Assembly: GCA_965223325.1 (NCBI GenBank) | Contig: CBDCWI010000002.1 | Span: 3,104,001-3,168,000, forward strand | Origin: Candidatus Multivoradales bacterium | GTDB taxonomy: Bacteria > Acidobacteriota > Thermoanaerobaculia > Multivoradales > Multivoraceae | DNA length: 64,000 nt | Direction of reading: 5' to 3' | In this document: piece by piece, positions 29,716-40,491 of the stretch | How the letters are laid out: each line of letters starts with the position of its first letter | Position numbering within the stretch: the first letter of the stretch is position 1 | Made by a program: the position numbers and the translations under genes | The notes under the pieces: model-generated | What the model was told of the DNA's origin: nothing | The model's input: only the letters and a program-made list of their open reading frames with translations | Database searches by the model: none

Positions 29716-31989
29716 CTAGCCCTCTTCCGGAACTCCCAACGAGTCCTGCGCATCGACGACGCAAAGAGCGGCCATGTTGACAATGTCGATGACGTCGACG
29801 CCACGCTGCAGGACGTGAACGGGCTGGTCCATGCCGAGCAGCACGGGCCCGATGGCTTCCGCTTCGGCAAGCCGCCAGATCAGTTTGTAGGCGGTGTTGG
29901 CGGAGTTGAGTTCCGGGAAGATGAGCACGTTCGCCGGCTGGTTCAGCCGACTCCAGGGGTAGCGCTCTTCGAGGACGGCCTCGAGGAGCGCGGTGTCGGC
30001 CTGGATCTCGCCGTCGAGTTCGAGATCGGGTTCCATCGCATGGGCGAGCTCGACCGCCCGCCGCACCTTGAGTGCCGACGGGTGGCGGTTGGAGCCGAAG
30101 TTCGAAAACGACAGCATCGCGACCCTTGGCTCGACATCGAAACGACGCGCGAAAGCCGCGGTCATCAGGGCGATCTCGGCGAGCTCTTCCGCCGAGGGGT
30201 CGATGTTGACGGTGGTGTCGGCAAGGAACAACAAGCGATCCTGAAGAACCAGGATGTAGGCGCCCATCACCCGGCGCACGGACTCGGCCGTACCGATCAC
30301 CTCGAGCGCAGGTCGAATGGTCGCCGGATAGTCCTGCGTCAAACCCGAGATCAGGCCGTCTGCTTCGCCCATCTGGATCATCATCGGGCCGAAGTAGTTG
30401 CGACTGCGCATCTTCTTTTGCGCATCCTCCAGGGTCACGCCCTCGCGCGCGCGGCGCTGGTGAAAGCGCTCAGCGTAGGCACCCATGCGGTCGCTCAGAG
30501 CAGTGTGCAGAACGGTAAGGCGTGAACGATCGACTTCCAGCTCGTCGAGCCGTGCGGCCACCTTCTCCTCTCGTGCCAGGAGGACCGGGTGGGCGATTCC
30601 CTCTTCGACAAGGATCTTTGCGGCACGCAGAACCTTCTCGTGTTCGCCTTCTGGGAAGACCACCCGCTTGGGGCTGCGCTTGGCCCGATCGATGACGTCA
30701 CGCATGACCTCCATGCGCCGCGAGACCAGCTTCTCGAGACGGTGCCGGTAGGCTTCGAGGTCGTCGATCTCGGTGCGAGCGACGCCACTGTCCATCGCCG
30801 CCTGCGCGACGAGACCCGGGAGTTCGAGCAGCACGCGATGGTCGAAGGGTTTCGGAATCAAATACTCCGGGCCGAACTTGAGCGACTCGATCCCATAGGC
30901 CCGTAGGACTTTGTCGGGCACGTCCTCGCGCGCCAGCGAGGCCAAGCCACGCACGGCTGCCAGCTTCATCTCTTCGTTGATGTCGGTCGCACGAACGTCG
31001 AGGGCACCACGGAAAATGAACGGAAACCCCAGGACGTTGTTGACCTGATTGGGATAGTCAGAGCGCCCGGTCGCCATCACCACGTCGTCGCGCACGGCGT
31101 GAGCGTCCTCCCAGGAGATCTCGGGATCCGGATTGGCGAGTGCAAAAACCACCGGCCGATCGGCCATTGAGCGCAGCATGTCCTGGGTCATCGCTCCGGC
31201 GACCGACAAGCCGAGGAAAACGTCGGCGCCCACTAGAGCATCAGAAAGTGTACGCGCCTCCGTTCGGGCGGCGAACTCCTCTTTGTGTGGCGGAAGACGT
31301 GTACGACCTGAATGCACCACACCCTTGCTGTCGCAGAGGATGATGTTCTCGCGCGCCAGTCCCAGTTGCAGCCAGAGCCGAATACAGCCGATGGCAGCGG
31401 CCCCCGCACCGGAGAACACGACGCGCACACCGCCGATGTCTTTGCCGACGATCTCGAGAGCGTTGAGAAGCGCCGCCCCTGCGATGATTGCGGTCCCATG
31501 TTGGTCGTCGTGAAAGACCGGAATCCCCATCGAGTCACGGAGTCGGTTCTCGATCTCGAAGCATTCCGGTGCACCGATGTCTTCGAGGTTGATGCCTCCG
31601 AAGGTTGGCTCGAGCGCCTCGACCAGGCGAACGAAGGTGTCGACGTCCGTGCAATCGACCTCGATGTCGAAGACGTCGATGCCAGCGAAGCGCTTGAACA
31701 GAACGCCCTTGCCTTCCATGACCGGCTTCGAAGCCTGCGCCCCGATGTCACCGAGCCCCAGAACGGCGGTGCCATTCGAGACCACGCCGACGAGGTTACC
31801 CTTGGCAGTGAGGTCGTAGGCGGCAAGCGGATTCTTGGCGATGTCACGACACGGCTCTGCGACCCCGGGCGTGTATGCCAACGAGAGATCGCGTTGGGTC
31901 GCGGTTGGTTTGGTTGGAACGACCTCAATCTTGCCGCGCGGTTCGCGCGCGTGATACTCGAGGGCTTCCTCTCGATACTGTTTCACCAT
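29716..31989 (-). CDS. maeB: NADP-dependent malic enzyme with PTA domain
   Basis: [31 protein letters not shown] and a C-terminal PTA-like domain. Confidence 0.97.
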   Translation of the reverse strand: MVKQYREEALEYHAREPRGKIEVVPTKPTATQRDLSLAYTPGVAEPCRDIAKNPLAAYDLTAKGNLVGVVSNGTAVLGLGDIGAQASKPVMEGKGVLFKRFAGIDVFDIEVDCTDVDTFVRLVEALEPTFGGINLEDIGAPECFEIENRLRDSMGIPVFHDDQHGTAIIAGAALLNALEIVGKDIGGVRVVFSGAGAAAIGCIRLWLQLGLARENIILCDSKGVVHSGRTRLPPHKEEFAARTEARTLSDALVGADVFLGLSVAGAMTQDMLRSMADRPVVFALANPDPEISWEDAHAVRDDVVMATGRSDYPNQVNNVLGFPFIFRGALDVRATDINEEMKLAAVRGLASLAREDVPDKVLRAYGIESLKFGPEYLIPKPFDHRVLLELPGLVAQAAMDSGVARTEIDDLEAYRHRLEKLVSRRMEVMRDVIDRAKRSPKRVVFPEGEHEKVLRAAKILVEEGIAHPVLLAREEKVAARLDELEVDRSRLTVLHTALSDRMGAYAERFHQRRAREGVTLEDAQKKMRSRNYFGPMMIQMGEADGLISGLTQDYPATIRPALEVIGTAESVRRVMGAYILVLQDRLLFLADTTVNIDPSAEELAEIALMTAAFARRFDVEPRVAMLSFSNFGSNRHPSALKVRRAVELAHAMEPDLELDGEIQADTALLEAVLEERYPWSRLNQPANVLIFPELNSANTAYKLIWRLAEAEAIGPVLLGMDQPVHVLQRGVDVIDIVNMAALCVVDAQDSLGVPEEG

Positions 31990-32010
31990 GTCACCGTTTC
32001 ACCATGTCAC
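31980..32010 (-). repeat. 15-bp tandem duplication spanning maeB start codon
   Basis: gtttcaccatgtcac at 31980-31994 and 31996-32010. Confidence 0.9.
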
Positions 32011-32102
32011 TGCTTCAGCCTGGTCAGGAGTCTTGGAAGGGAAAGTCGGCGTAGCCTATCGAAGCAGCTACGCGGTGCGTGGTGTCCCCTGAAGAGCGAT
32101 CA

Positions 32103-32984
32103 ATGATCCTTCACCCCCTACACGCCGAGTCTCCCGAGGCGACGAAGAACGCCCCGAGCCTCTTGGCCATCACCCAGACTGACCATGCTTGGCTGAGCGC
32201 CGAGATGCTGAAGCTTTTCGTCGACCCTCCGGTGCGTGACCACCCTCGTTTTCAAGCGCTCCTTGAAGCAGCGCGGCGACACGACGACGGCTGGATGGGA
32301 ATGGACGCGGCGCCCAGGAGGCATCCCGATGGCGAGAGCCCGCACGACTTTCGCTCGCTCGAGGCAGCCGATCGCGAAGAGGTATGGACCCGCACCTGGC
32401 TCGAGTTCGAAAGCGCGCGCGAGGATTGGCGCGAAGCCTGGGCAGCGGCTCTCATCTTGCACCATGCCCTCACCCTGCATGGCGCGCCCGACTTTCGAGG
32501 TAGCCGCAGCGACGAGAACGCGACACCCCCTCCAACCTGGGTTCTGTCAACGGGCCTTCTGGAGCGGCTGGCGATTGCACGCGAGACTCAGTTGATCGCA
32601 GCAACCGCCCTTCTCGAACAGGAAGGCCACGTGTTCGAATCCGGACCGGATGGCGAAGCTCGACAAGCCTTCGCAGTGCTCGCCCGAGACTACGAACTGC
32701 TGGCCCTGGTCGACTGGCTGTCGCTCGTGTGCTGCATGGGCGGTCCGCCCGGCTTCGACCGCCACGGATTCCGCGGCGTGGTCGAGCCCGAGACCTCGGT
32801 GACCCGGCTGCTGCTCGACCCTTTCCCTTTCCGGGGGACGACCACCTGGCAGGTCGCCGCACGACCGATCCCCGTCCGTCCCTACCAGGGAGATGCCGAT
32901 CTGGCCACCACCCTGACCACATCACGATTCATCAAGCGCAAGATTCGCGCAGAGCCGATGCCAACAATTCAAACATCTGTTTGA
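32103..32984 (+). CDS. DUF3891 family protein
   Basis: ITQTDHAWLS, HDDGW, P.DF, DWLSL..C and LDPFPF motifs. Confidence 0.75.
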   Translation: MILHPLHAESPEATKNAPSLLAITQTDHAWLSAEMLKLFVDPPVRDHPRFQALLEAARRHDDGWMGMDAAPRRHPDGESPHDFRSLEAADREEVWTRTWLEFESAREDWREAWAAALILHHALTLHGAPDFRGSRSDENATPPPTWVLSTGLLERLAIARETQLIAATALLEQEGHVFESGPDGEARQAFAVLARDYELLALVDWLSLVCCMGGPPGFDRHGFRGVVEPETSVTRLLLDPFPFRGTTTWQVAARPIPVRPYQGDADLATTLTTSRFIKRKIRAEPMPTIQTSV

Positions 32985-33069
32985 CTGAATTCGACCGAAA
33001 CTCGGGTCCCTCAGAGAGCTACCGCCCGGTTGGCCGGTGGCTTCGGGATTTCGTGCTACCTTCCCCGGG

Positions 33070-33639
33070 ATGGCGGACTCGGCCGTAACGGTTGAGGGCC
33101 CGGAGACCCTCGAAGCACCCGTAGAACCTCTGCGGGTCCTTATCCCATCGGCGCTCGGCGACCTGGGAATCGAGTTCCGTGAACGCACCGTCACCCGCCT
33201 CACGATCGCGCCCAAACGGGGCGACCGGGCGCGCTTCACGCCGCTCAAAGAGGCCTTCAAGCAGCAGCCCGGCGACTTCCTGGACGAGGCCCTCGGCCGG
33301 TTCTCCGAGTTTCTGGCCGGCGCGCGCCGCCGACTCGAGCTCGACTGGGAGTTCAACGAAGAAGAAGTTGACGACTTCGGAACCCGCGTGCTCAAGGAAG
33401 TGGCAACGATTCCCTATGGAGAAACGCGGACGTACCACAAGATCGCCTCAGGGGTCGGCGAGCCCGACGCCTACCGTCTCGTGCGTTCGGCGCTGATGGC
33501 CAATCCGATCCCAATCCTGATCCCCTGCCACCGGGTAGTGCCCGTGAAATCGGGCCCCGGCAGCTGGATCGGTGGCACCAAGCGCAAGGGCTGGCTCCTC
33601 AAGCTCGAGGAGCGAACACAGCGAGGCCAGGGCGGCTAG
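33070..33639 (+). CDS. ogt: methylated-DNA--protein-cysteine methyltransferase
   Basis: IPYGETRTY and NPIPILIPCHRVV active-site motif. Confidence 0.88.
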   Translation: MADSAVTVEGPETLEAPVEPLRVLIPSALGDLGIEFRERTVTRLTIAPKRGDRARFTPLKEAFKQQPGDFLDEALGRFSEFLAGARRRLELDWEFNEEEVDDFGTRVLKEVATIPYGETRTYHKIASGVGEPDAYRLVRSALMANPIPILIPCHRVVPVKSGPGSWIGGTKRKGWLLKLEERTQRGQGG

Positions 33640-33643
33640 CCGC

Positions 33644-34717
33644 CTACTGACGGTCCAGCTCGGCCTCGAGCTCGACTTCTTCGCCGCTCTCGGCGCTGAA
33701 CTCGAGCCGCTCGGACTGGTAGCCGGGCCGCACGATCTCGACCACATGGTCACCGGGATCGATGATCAACCCCTGGCGCAGGGCGGCCAGTTCGGCGACG
33801 CTCCCGAGATGACGCCCGTCGAGATAGACCGCGGCGTCTTCCGGCTCGACGTCGAGCTCTAGAAAAGCCGGCTCGGCTCGGAAGTCGCGCGTGTCCAGTG
33901 GCACATCGGCGGCATCGGAATCGCCGCGGCGCTCGGAGCGTCGGTTGCGCCAATCGTCGCTCTGGTCGGTGCCCGACTCGCTGCGGCGCGCCTCGCGCTG
34001 CCGCCACTTCCAGACCCGGTCTTCTTGATCCGCTGGTGCCTCGGCTTGCGCGCGCTGCCGCGCTTCTTCGACTGGCGTGTAGTGGTCTTCGGCCGGAGTC
34101 GCCGTGCCGGGCGTCATCTTTGCGTCGATCTCGAGCACCACGCCGGCCCGGACCTTGTAGTCCCGGGCAACGGTCTCGAAGCCTTCATGGACGAAAACCA
34201 GACGGTATTCACCCTCCTCGAGCCACAAGTAGCGCGGCCAGCCGTCGTAGTTGTCGGCAACGCCGACGTGCTTCCCGTCGACCCACACCGCTGCCTTTTC
34301 GGGACGAACGTCGAGATCGAGGGCACCGTAGTTGTACCCTTCCCAATCGCCCTCGGAGGCAATCACCACCCGCGGGCCGCCCCAGCCCCACCAGGGGTAG
34401 CCCCAGCCATAACTGTAGAAGGGGCTGTAACCGTAGCCATAGCCGAAACCGACTCGGAAATGGCGGGTGCGATGATGACCGCGGTGTCCTCGCCGGTGGA
34501 CGGAGTGGCCTCGGCCCGACCGAGCCCTCTGCACCGGCTCTTCGGCGAAAGCTGCGTCTGTGGCGCCACTCACCGAGCCCAGCGGACCGAGCCCGATCAC
34601 CAGGAGGCCGCCGGCCAGGGCGAGCAGTGGGGTCTGGAACGGAAGCCGGCGGCGGTACCGGCGAACGCCCGGTTTCATGGGGGTTAGAGGGCCTGTGGTC
34701 GACTGCTTCATGGTCAT
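33644..34717 (-). CDS. exported PEGA-domain protein with His/Arg- and Gly/Tyr/Trp-rich N-terminus
   Basis: Two PEGA repeats (V.PEKAAVWVDG; VEPEDAAVYLDG...PGDH.VEIVRPGY). Start uncertain. Confidence 0.8.
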   Translation of the reverse strand: MTMKQSTTGPLTPMKPGVRRYRRRLPFQTPLLALAGGLLVIGLGPLGSVSGATDAAFAEEPVQRARSGRGHSVHRRGHRGHHRTRHFRVGFGYGYGYSPFYSYGWGYPWWGWGGPRVVIASEGDWEGYNYGALDLDVRPEKAAVWVDGKHVGVADNYDGWPRYLWLEEGEYRLVFVHEGFETVARDYKVRAGVVLEIDAKMTPGTATPAEDHYTPVEEARQRAQAEAPADQEDRVWKWRQREARRSESGTDQSDDWRNRRSERRGDSDAADVPLDTRDFRAEPAFLELDVEPEDAAVYLDGRHLGSVAELAALRQGLIIDPGDHVVEIVRPGYQSERLEFSAESGEEVELEAELDRQ

Positions 34718-34750
34718 CGGTCTCCTTGACTGCCAGGACCACCGCGTGGG

Positions 34751-35680
34751 TCACACGGGGGAGGCGAGCTGATCAGCCCAACCCTGGTGCAACCCTCTCA
34801 CGTAGTGGCAACGTAGCGTGCCCTCCCAGAGGGAAGGCGTGTTCACAGGCAGATTCTGCAAACTGCGGGCCAGCGCCGTGCCCAGGCGGCGTTTCCAGGC
34901 CGGCGGCTCCGGCGGTGGGCCATCCTTGCTGAGGCCGACAAGGGACCCGAGCTCGGGGTGCCGCTGGTAGAAAACGACGGCGTTGTAGCCGGCGCGCCGC
35001 TGGCGTTCGCAAAAGCGCTCAAAAGAGGTCGGGTGATCGTGCAGGACGCGTGCCCCCGACCGGTAGACGAGGCGGAGGCCGAAGCGTTTCTCGAGTCGGT
35101 AGGACAGCTCGGTGTCTTCCCAGGCGGCGAACGGAAACCCCTCGTCGAAGGGCTCCTCCACCAACAGCCTGCGCGGGATCGACAGATTCGAGGTGTAGAG
35201 GAAGTTGAAGGGCACGTCGTTCGGCGTGTCGATCAGTGCATAGCCAAACTGAAGACCGTACTCGTTGATGTAGCGCAGGAACGGGTTGGTCCCCGTTCGT
35301 GGGTGCCATCCGGTGTAGCCAATCACTGCCACGGGGCGCTCATCGCCTCGCGGCTCGCTCTGCGCCTGCCAGTGGGTCGCGAGCCAGGTCGGCAACGGCA
35401 CCGTGTCATCGCCCAGAAAGGCAATCACCTCACCCGACGCCAATTGAACGCCACGGTTGCGCGCAGCAGCCGGCCCCCGGTTCTCCTGGGTTTCGAAGAC
35501 CAACGGCACCGACAGGTCACAGCTCGAGAGCCACCCCGCTGTGCCATCCGTCGAACCGTCGTCGACGACCACCACCTCAAAAGGCGGTGCATCGATCTGC
35601 TCTCCGAGAGCGGCGAGCACCTCCGGCAGCACTTCCAGCCGATTGAACGTCGGCACGACCACGCTCAGTTGAGTGCTCAA
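34751..35680 (-). CDS. glycosyltransferase family 2
   Basis: SVVVPTFNR, VVDDGSTDGT, GPAAARNRG, FLGDD and WEDTEL motifs. The TTG start overlaps the upstream stop. Confidence 0.92.
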   Translation of the reverse strand: MSTQLSVVVPTFNRLEVLPEVLAALGEQIDAPPFEVVVVDDGSTDGTAGWLSSCDLSVPLVFETQENRGPAAARNRGVQLASGEVIAFLGDDTVPLPTWLATHWQAQSEPRGDERPVAVIGYTGWHPRTGTNPFLRYINEYGLQFGYALIDTPNDVPFNFLYTSNLSIPRRLLVEEPFDEGFPFAAWEDTELSYRLEKRFGLRLVYRSGARVLHDHPTSFERFCERQRRAGYNAVVFYQRHPELGSLVGLSKDGPPPEPPAWKRRLGTALARSLQNLPVNTPSLWEGTLRCHYVRGLHQGWADQLASPV

Positions 35681-37047
35681 CCCTCGGTCTCCATGACCTC
35701 TCTGAGCCGAGCGCGCCGAGGCGCGAGGCTCGGGTGCGTTTCTCTGTCGGGCCACAGGGCTTCGAACCCAGGGGAAGCGAAAAGCTCCTCGTCGCCCAGG
35801 TAGGTTGGAACCAGCCAGAGCGGGAAGCGTTCGAAGATCTCGCGGTCAGAACGGCGGCGCGCAGCCAGGTTCAGAGAACGTCTCTCCATCGTCTGGTCTC
35901 GATGTACCTTGACAGACTGTAGAACGCGCAACTGGGACAGCACCTGCGACTCGCCGATCGACACCGATAGCCTCGAACCGCGGTCCTGCCTCGGTAGCAG
36001 GAGCGGCGAGCTCGGCGAGGCGATCGCTGCCAGACGGATCAACGAGCGGGCGACCAACTCGCGCGGACCGTAGTCGCGCAACCGCCGCCGCCAGCGGCCG
36101 AGCGCACCTTCGGCGGCGTCGACTGGTGCGCGCTCATCGGGTGCGGAGCGGGCGGTGTTGGCGACCGCTCCCTGGAAGGGGTCGACACAGAAAGCCTCTC
36201 CGCCCGGAACGGTCTCGGCCAACAGTGACGCCGTACGCGATTCGAGCGTCACGAGGACCGCCGGCATCATCGCCGCGAACGACGTTTCATCGAAGTTCTT
36301 GAGCACCGTCAAGAGGGCGTTGCGCTCGAACAGGAATCCTCGGTTGTGATCACCCAGGAGGTTGCTGGTCGCCATCGAACGGTGATGGACCACCGCCTGC
36401 TCGGAGAACAACACTCGTAGGCCGCGTGCCCACCAGCGCCAGCCGAGGTCGACGTCCTCGAGGTACGCAAAGTAGCGCTCGTCGAAGCCGCCGGCGTCGA
36501 GAAAGGCATCCCGCCTCACCATGGCGTTGCCTCCGCACGCGAACAGAAGCTCCTCGCCGTCTTTGGGAACGCGCGCCTCTTTGAGCGGTCGTCGGTAGTC
36601 GAGCTGAAAGGCATGACCATCGAAGGTCATGATGCCGCGACCGAAGTCGAGCCGCTCACCCGACCAGTCCACGATACGGCCGGAGATCGCCGCGACATCG
36701 GCCGGAGCAGCGGCCATGGCATCGACCAGGCACGCCAGCCATTCGGGGTGCGGACGGGTGTCGTTGTTGAGGAGAGCCACGGCGTCAGCGGCCGAGGCTT
36801 CAACCAGGCGGTTCGAAGCAGCACAGAACCCAAGGTTCGCCTCACTGTGTAGACATTCGACGTCTGGGTGATGCTTTTGCAGCCACTCGCGCGTACCGTC
36901 GGTGGACCCGTTGTCGAATACCAGAACACGCCACGGCACGCCCGGGTGCCGTTGGTCGAGAAGTGCTGGTAGGCAGGTTTCCAGGTGCTTGCGGCCATTC
37001 CAACTCGGAATCGCCACGACGACGTTCTGCAGTGCGGAAGCGCTCAC
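35677..37047 (-). CDS. glycosyltransferase family 2 (WbbL/rhamnosyltransferase-like)
   Basis: DNGSTDG, NLGF, LLNND and GGFDERYFAYLEDVDLGWR motifs. Confidence 0.9.
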   Translation of the reverse strand: MSASALQNVVVAIPSWNGRKHLETCLPALLDQRHPGVPWRVLVFDNGSTDGTREWLQKHHPDVECLHSEANLGFCAASNRLVEASAADAVALLNNDTRPHPEWLACLVDAMAAAPADVAAISGRIVDWSGERLDFGRGIMTFDGHAFQLDYRRPLKEARVPKDGEELLFACGGNAMVRRDAFLDAGGFDERYFAYLEDVDLGWRWWARGLRVLFSEQAVVHHRSMATSNLLGDHNRGFLFERNALLTVLKNFDETSFAAMMPAVLVTLESRTASLLAETVPGGEAFCVDPFQGAVANTARSAPDERAPVDAAEGALGRWRRRLRDYGPRELVARSLIRLAAIASPSSPLLLPRQDRGSRLSVSIGESQVLSQLRVLQSVKVHRDQTMERRSLNLAARRRSDREIFERFPLWLVPTYLGDEELFASPGFEALWPDRETHPSLAPRRARLREVMETEG

Positions 37048-38375
37048 ACTGCGCCCCGCGCCCGAGAGAAGCGGCGGCTGATCCGCGTCAGGAAGCGGCG
37101 CAGTCTGAAGCTCGCGGCGTCCGCCGGGGCGGCGGTACCTGGAGATACCGTGAAGTCCTGCCTCGTCGTGTCGACCCAGGGCTCTTGCGCGAAACGGACC
37201 AAGGGCTCGAGAACAGCTTCCCAGCTCAGTGTGGCAGCGAGCTCCTCGCCTTTGCGCGTACGCGCTTCGACCTGGGCGCCGCCAGCCAGAACTTCGGCGA
37301 GTCGAGCTGTCAGGCCTCGGACATCACCGGCCGCGAACTGCCAACCGGTCTGTGCGTCGTCGAGGAGCCGGCCGAGAGCACCGCCGCGCGTGGTGACTAC
37401 CGGACAACCAACCCGCAGCGCCTCGAGAAAACGCGTTCGCAACGAGAGCTCCGTCTCGATTCCCGGCTGCCAGGCGCCGACCATCAAGTCGACATCGCGC
37501 AGGAGATCGAATCGTCTCTCGAATGGCACCCAGTCGAGGATCTCGACCATCGCCGCCAGCCGGGGCTCGCGCGCCATCCGCGCTCGCACCTCTTCGAGGC
37601 GCCGTTGGGGAGTCGACTCCACGTTCGGGTTGGCAACGACGAGTAGGCGCAGGTCGTCTCTTCGAAGACCCAGGAGGGCGTCAAGCACCGTGTGCGGGTC
37701 GTACCAGTCATAGAGGCCGCCAAAGAGGAGGACCCTCTCGGACCTTTCGTCGAGGTAGCGACGGTGCTCGGGAAGGTCACGCGCCAACCCAAAGGGAACC
37801 GTATCGATGAGTCGGCGAAAACCCGGGTCAGTTCGAGCCAGGTGCGGATTGACCCGGCCAAGGGCGGTGAGAAAGCCCAGGTAGAACCGTCGCTGTTCGT
37901 CTGAAGAGCAAAGGAAGAAGTCGCCGCGGGCGAGCTGCAGCATCCAGGTCGCATGATCGTTACGCCAGGGCTCGAGCCCGAGGGTCTCGGTGTAGTGGAA
38001 GTTCTCGACCAACCAGGGGTCGTAGAAGTCGAAGGCGACCGGTAGCTCAGAGGCTTGAGACACGACATCGTTACCCAGCTGGCCCTGCGCCAAAACACCC
38101 CGACATCCGCGCAGTTGCTGGGCGAGTTCCTGGCGAACGAAGGGCACCCAGGTGAGCCCGTCGCCGCCGCTACCGACGCCGGCTCTGGGGTCGAACCGAG
38201 AGCCCGCCTCGGGAGGAGGCGAGATCATCCGCACGGGGATCCCCTCTGCCGTCAGGCGGCGCGCGATCTCGACGTAGCGAATGCCGATGCCGGCCATGCG
38301 AGCCCGTAACGGCTCGCTGACGACCAGCGCGAATGGGGCGTCTCGTCCGGAGGAGTGCCGCAACGTCTCGGTCAC
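37044..38375 (-). CDS. glycosyltransferase family 4-like (GT-B)
   Basis: MAGIGIRY, GGLYDWYDP and ETELSLRTRFLEAL..G.PVV motifs. Confidence 0.82.
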   Translation of the reverse strand: MTETLRHSSGRDAPFALVVSEPLRARMAGIGIRYVEIARRLTAEGIPVRMISPPPEAGSRFDPRAGVGSGGDGLTWVPFVRQELAQQLRGCRGVLAQGQLGNDVVSQASELPVAFDFYDPWLVENFHYTETLGLEPWRNDHATWMLQLARGDFFLCSSDEQRRFYLGFLTALGRVNPHLARTDPGFRRLIDTVPFGLARDLPEHRRYLDERSERVLLFGGLYDWYDPHTVLDALLGLRRDDLRLLVVANPNVESTPQRRLEEVRARMAREPRLAAMVEILDWVPFERRFDLLRDVDLMVGAWQPGIETELSLRTRFLEALRVGCPVVTTRGGALGRLLDDAQTGWQFAAGDVRGLTARLAEVLAGGAQVEARTRKGEELAATLSWEAVLEPLVRFAQEPWVDTTRQDFTVSPGTAAPADAASFRLRRFLTRISRRFSRARGAV

Positions 38376-40213
38376 CCGCGACCCTTCCATCGCTCGATGC
38401 GTTGATGCCAGCGCCACGCCCGAGTTCGTTCCATCGCCGCGATGATTCCCTGCAATCGTTCGATCTCACCGTAGGTTCGACCGAGGTGTTCGGTTTGATC
38501 ATCGATGGTCGATCGCATCGACGCTTCGTTGTCATAGAAGCGTTGCGCTTGATCAGTCAAACGCAGCCGCTCTCGACGCTCCGCCTCGAGCTCAGTGCGG
38601 GCGGTACGCAAGGCCTCGCCGGTGGCCACGGCTTCTGCTCGCATGTCGGTAATGGCACGTGCCAGGGTCGGGGCGTCGAGCAAGGCGGCGTGACGCTCGA
38701 AGAGCTTCGCCCGCATAGCAACGAAGTCGCGCTCGAAGTCGGTCGCCTCGGCCTGGCCGCCGCCCAGCACGTGATGGTCAGCACCGCGGAAGTGACGGTA
38801 CTCACAGGTCACCCGGGGCAGGTGATGGAAGTTGACTCGCTGCGCGAGGCGGATGAGCAGGTCCCAGTCCTCGAAGAAGAGGAGGTCGTGATCCAGGACA
38901 CGGCCTGAGGGGTCTCGCACTTCTTCGAGCAGAGACTTCTCGACCAACACGGTGTTGAAAGGAATGTAGTTGTCAACCAGAAGGCGGATACGGTCGAAGT
39001 CGCGGCTGTACGGCAAGCGACGCTCGCGACAAACGAAACCACCCTCCTGAGGGTCGAGTTCGTAGACGGTCACTGCAGCGTCGCTGTAGGCAAGCCGAAC
39101 CCCCGCTCCTTTGTGAGCCGCTACCAAGGTCGCGATGTGCTCTGGAGCCACCAGGTCGTCGTCGTCGAGGAAACCGACGAGCTCGCCGCAAGCGGCACGA
39201 ATTCCGGCGTCGGCTGCCGCGGCCCGCCCCTGGTTCTCCGGCAAAGCCACCATCTGCACCTGGAGGTCGAACGTCGGCAGATCGACCGGAGCGCCTCCGT
39301 CGTTGACGACGATCACCTCGACTTTGCGATAGGTACTCTCAGCAAGCGAACCGACCGCCTCGCGCAGAAGATCGGGTCGATCGCGTGTACGCACGATGAC
39401 ACTGACCAGGGGACCCGAAGACACCTGCACGTTCTGCGGCGCGCCGCCGAGGTGCCGAACCAGTTGCACCAGACTACGCGTCCGGAAGTCGTCGAGGTCC
39501 AGCCGACGGTAACCCTCAGCGGCTTCGACTTCCGGCGCGAGGGTGTGGGTGCGGTACTGGCGTAGACCCAAGGCGGCCGAAAGGTAGTCGTGGCGCTCCT
39601 GCTGCGAGGCGTAGAGGGCCATCGCTTCGCGTAGCCGATCGATCTGGGTTCCAACATCTACCAGGAGGTCGGGATGGTGCGGGTGGTTGACCTCGTAGGT
39701 CAGAACCACCGGTCCAGCTCCGGCAAGCCCAGGGTCAGTGGCCGTTGGCGCATCGCGTCGTGACGAAAGCACCTCATGAACGGCGGCGAAGGCCGCCTGG
39801 TGATCGGGCGTGACCTCGAGTGGCGAGGGAACCAGCAGCAGGTCCGGCTGGTGTTCCGCGAGCGCCTCCACAAACGCCGCTCTGATCTCGCCTATGCGAT
39901 GTTGTAGCTGGCCATCGGGCAGGTCGAGATGGGTAGCCGCAAAGCCGAAAAGAGCCGCGACCGCATCAGCCTCCTGGCGTCGTCTTTCGGAGTAGGCCGC
40001 CGGGTCATCGGCGCCTTCGATTCCCCCGGCACCGTCGGAGAGAAACAGTACGTTCGCCCGAACTCCACCTTCGATGAGGGCAGCGAGTAGGCCGCCGCAA
40101 CCGAGAACCTCGTCGTCGTAGTGCGGTGCCACCACCAGTACGGAGCGTGCACTGACCTCAGTCACCTCACCGGGCGGAGTGACGGGAGCGCTCACCACAG
40201 GCCCCGCGGGCAA
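38372..40213 (-). CDS. PIG-L/LmbE de-N-acetylase + GT2 + C-terminal coiled-coil fusion
   Basis: APHYDDEVLGCGG, TPDH, Y.SQ; then VSVIVRT, VNDGG, FLDDDD, FEDWD; heptad-rich tail ending MERTRAWRW. Start uncertain. Confidence 0.88.
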   Translation of the reverse strand: MPAGPVVSAPVTPPGEVTEVSARSVLVVAPHYDDEVLGCGGLLAALIEGGVRANVLFLSDGAGGIEGADDPAAYSERRRQEADAVAALFGFAATHLDLPDGQLQHRIGEIRAAFVEALAEHQPDLLLVPSPLEVTPDHQAAFAAVHEVLSSRRDAPTATDPGLAGAGPVVLTYEVNHPHHPDLLVDVGTQIDRLREAMALYASQQERHDYLSAALGLRQYRTHTLAPEVEAAEGYRRLDLDDFRTRSLVQLVRHLGGAPQNVQVSSGPLVSVIVRTRDRPDLLREAVGSLAESTYRKVEVIVVNDGGAPVDLPTFDLQVQMVALPENQGRAAAADAGIRAACGELVGFLDDDDLVAPEHIATLVAAHKGAGVRLAYSDAAVTVYELDPQEGGFVCRERRLPYSRDFDRIRLLVDNYIPFNTVLVEKSLLEEVRDPSGRVLDHDLLFFEDWDLLIRLAQRVNFHHLPRVTCEYRHFRGADHHVLGGGQAEATDFERDFVAMRAKLFERHAALLDAPTLARAITDMRAEAVATGEALRTARTELEAERRERLRLTDQAQRFYDNEASMRSTIDDQTEHLGRTYGEIERLQGIIAAMERTRAWRWHQRIERWKGRG

Positions 40214-40491
40214 AGCTCCATTGCGATCTTCATCAATGCCATAGAACTCAGGTTCGTTTCACTAGGGTCCGGGGTCCCGCCGGTTGAGCGCGCGGGTCGG
40301 CTTCTCGAGGGAATCCCGGAGTATTGGAGGAGAAAGCGCAGAGGGGACAGAGATCTGGCAGAGAGACAGCAACGTTCGACTCTCGTGCAGCACTGGAACC
40401 ACTGTATCCAGGATAATGGATCTCCCCTACCACCCGCCCCCGCAAGTGGCGAGTCTCAAGCACCGATTCCAGGCTCCCTGGAGAGCACCTC

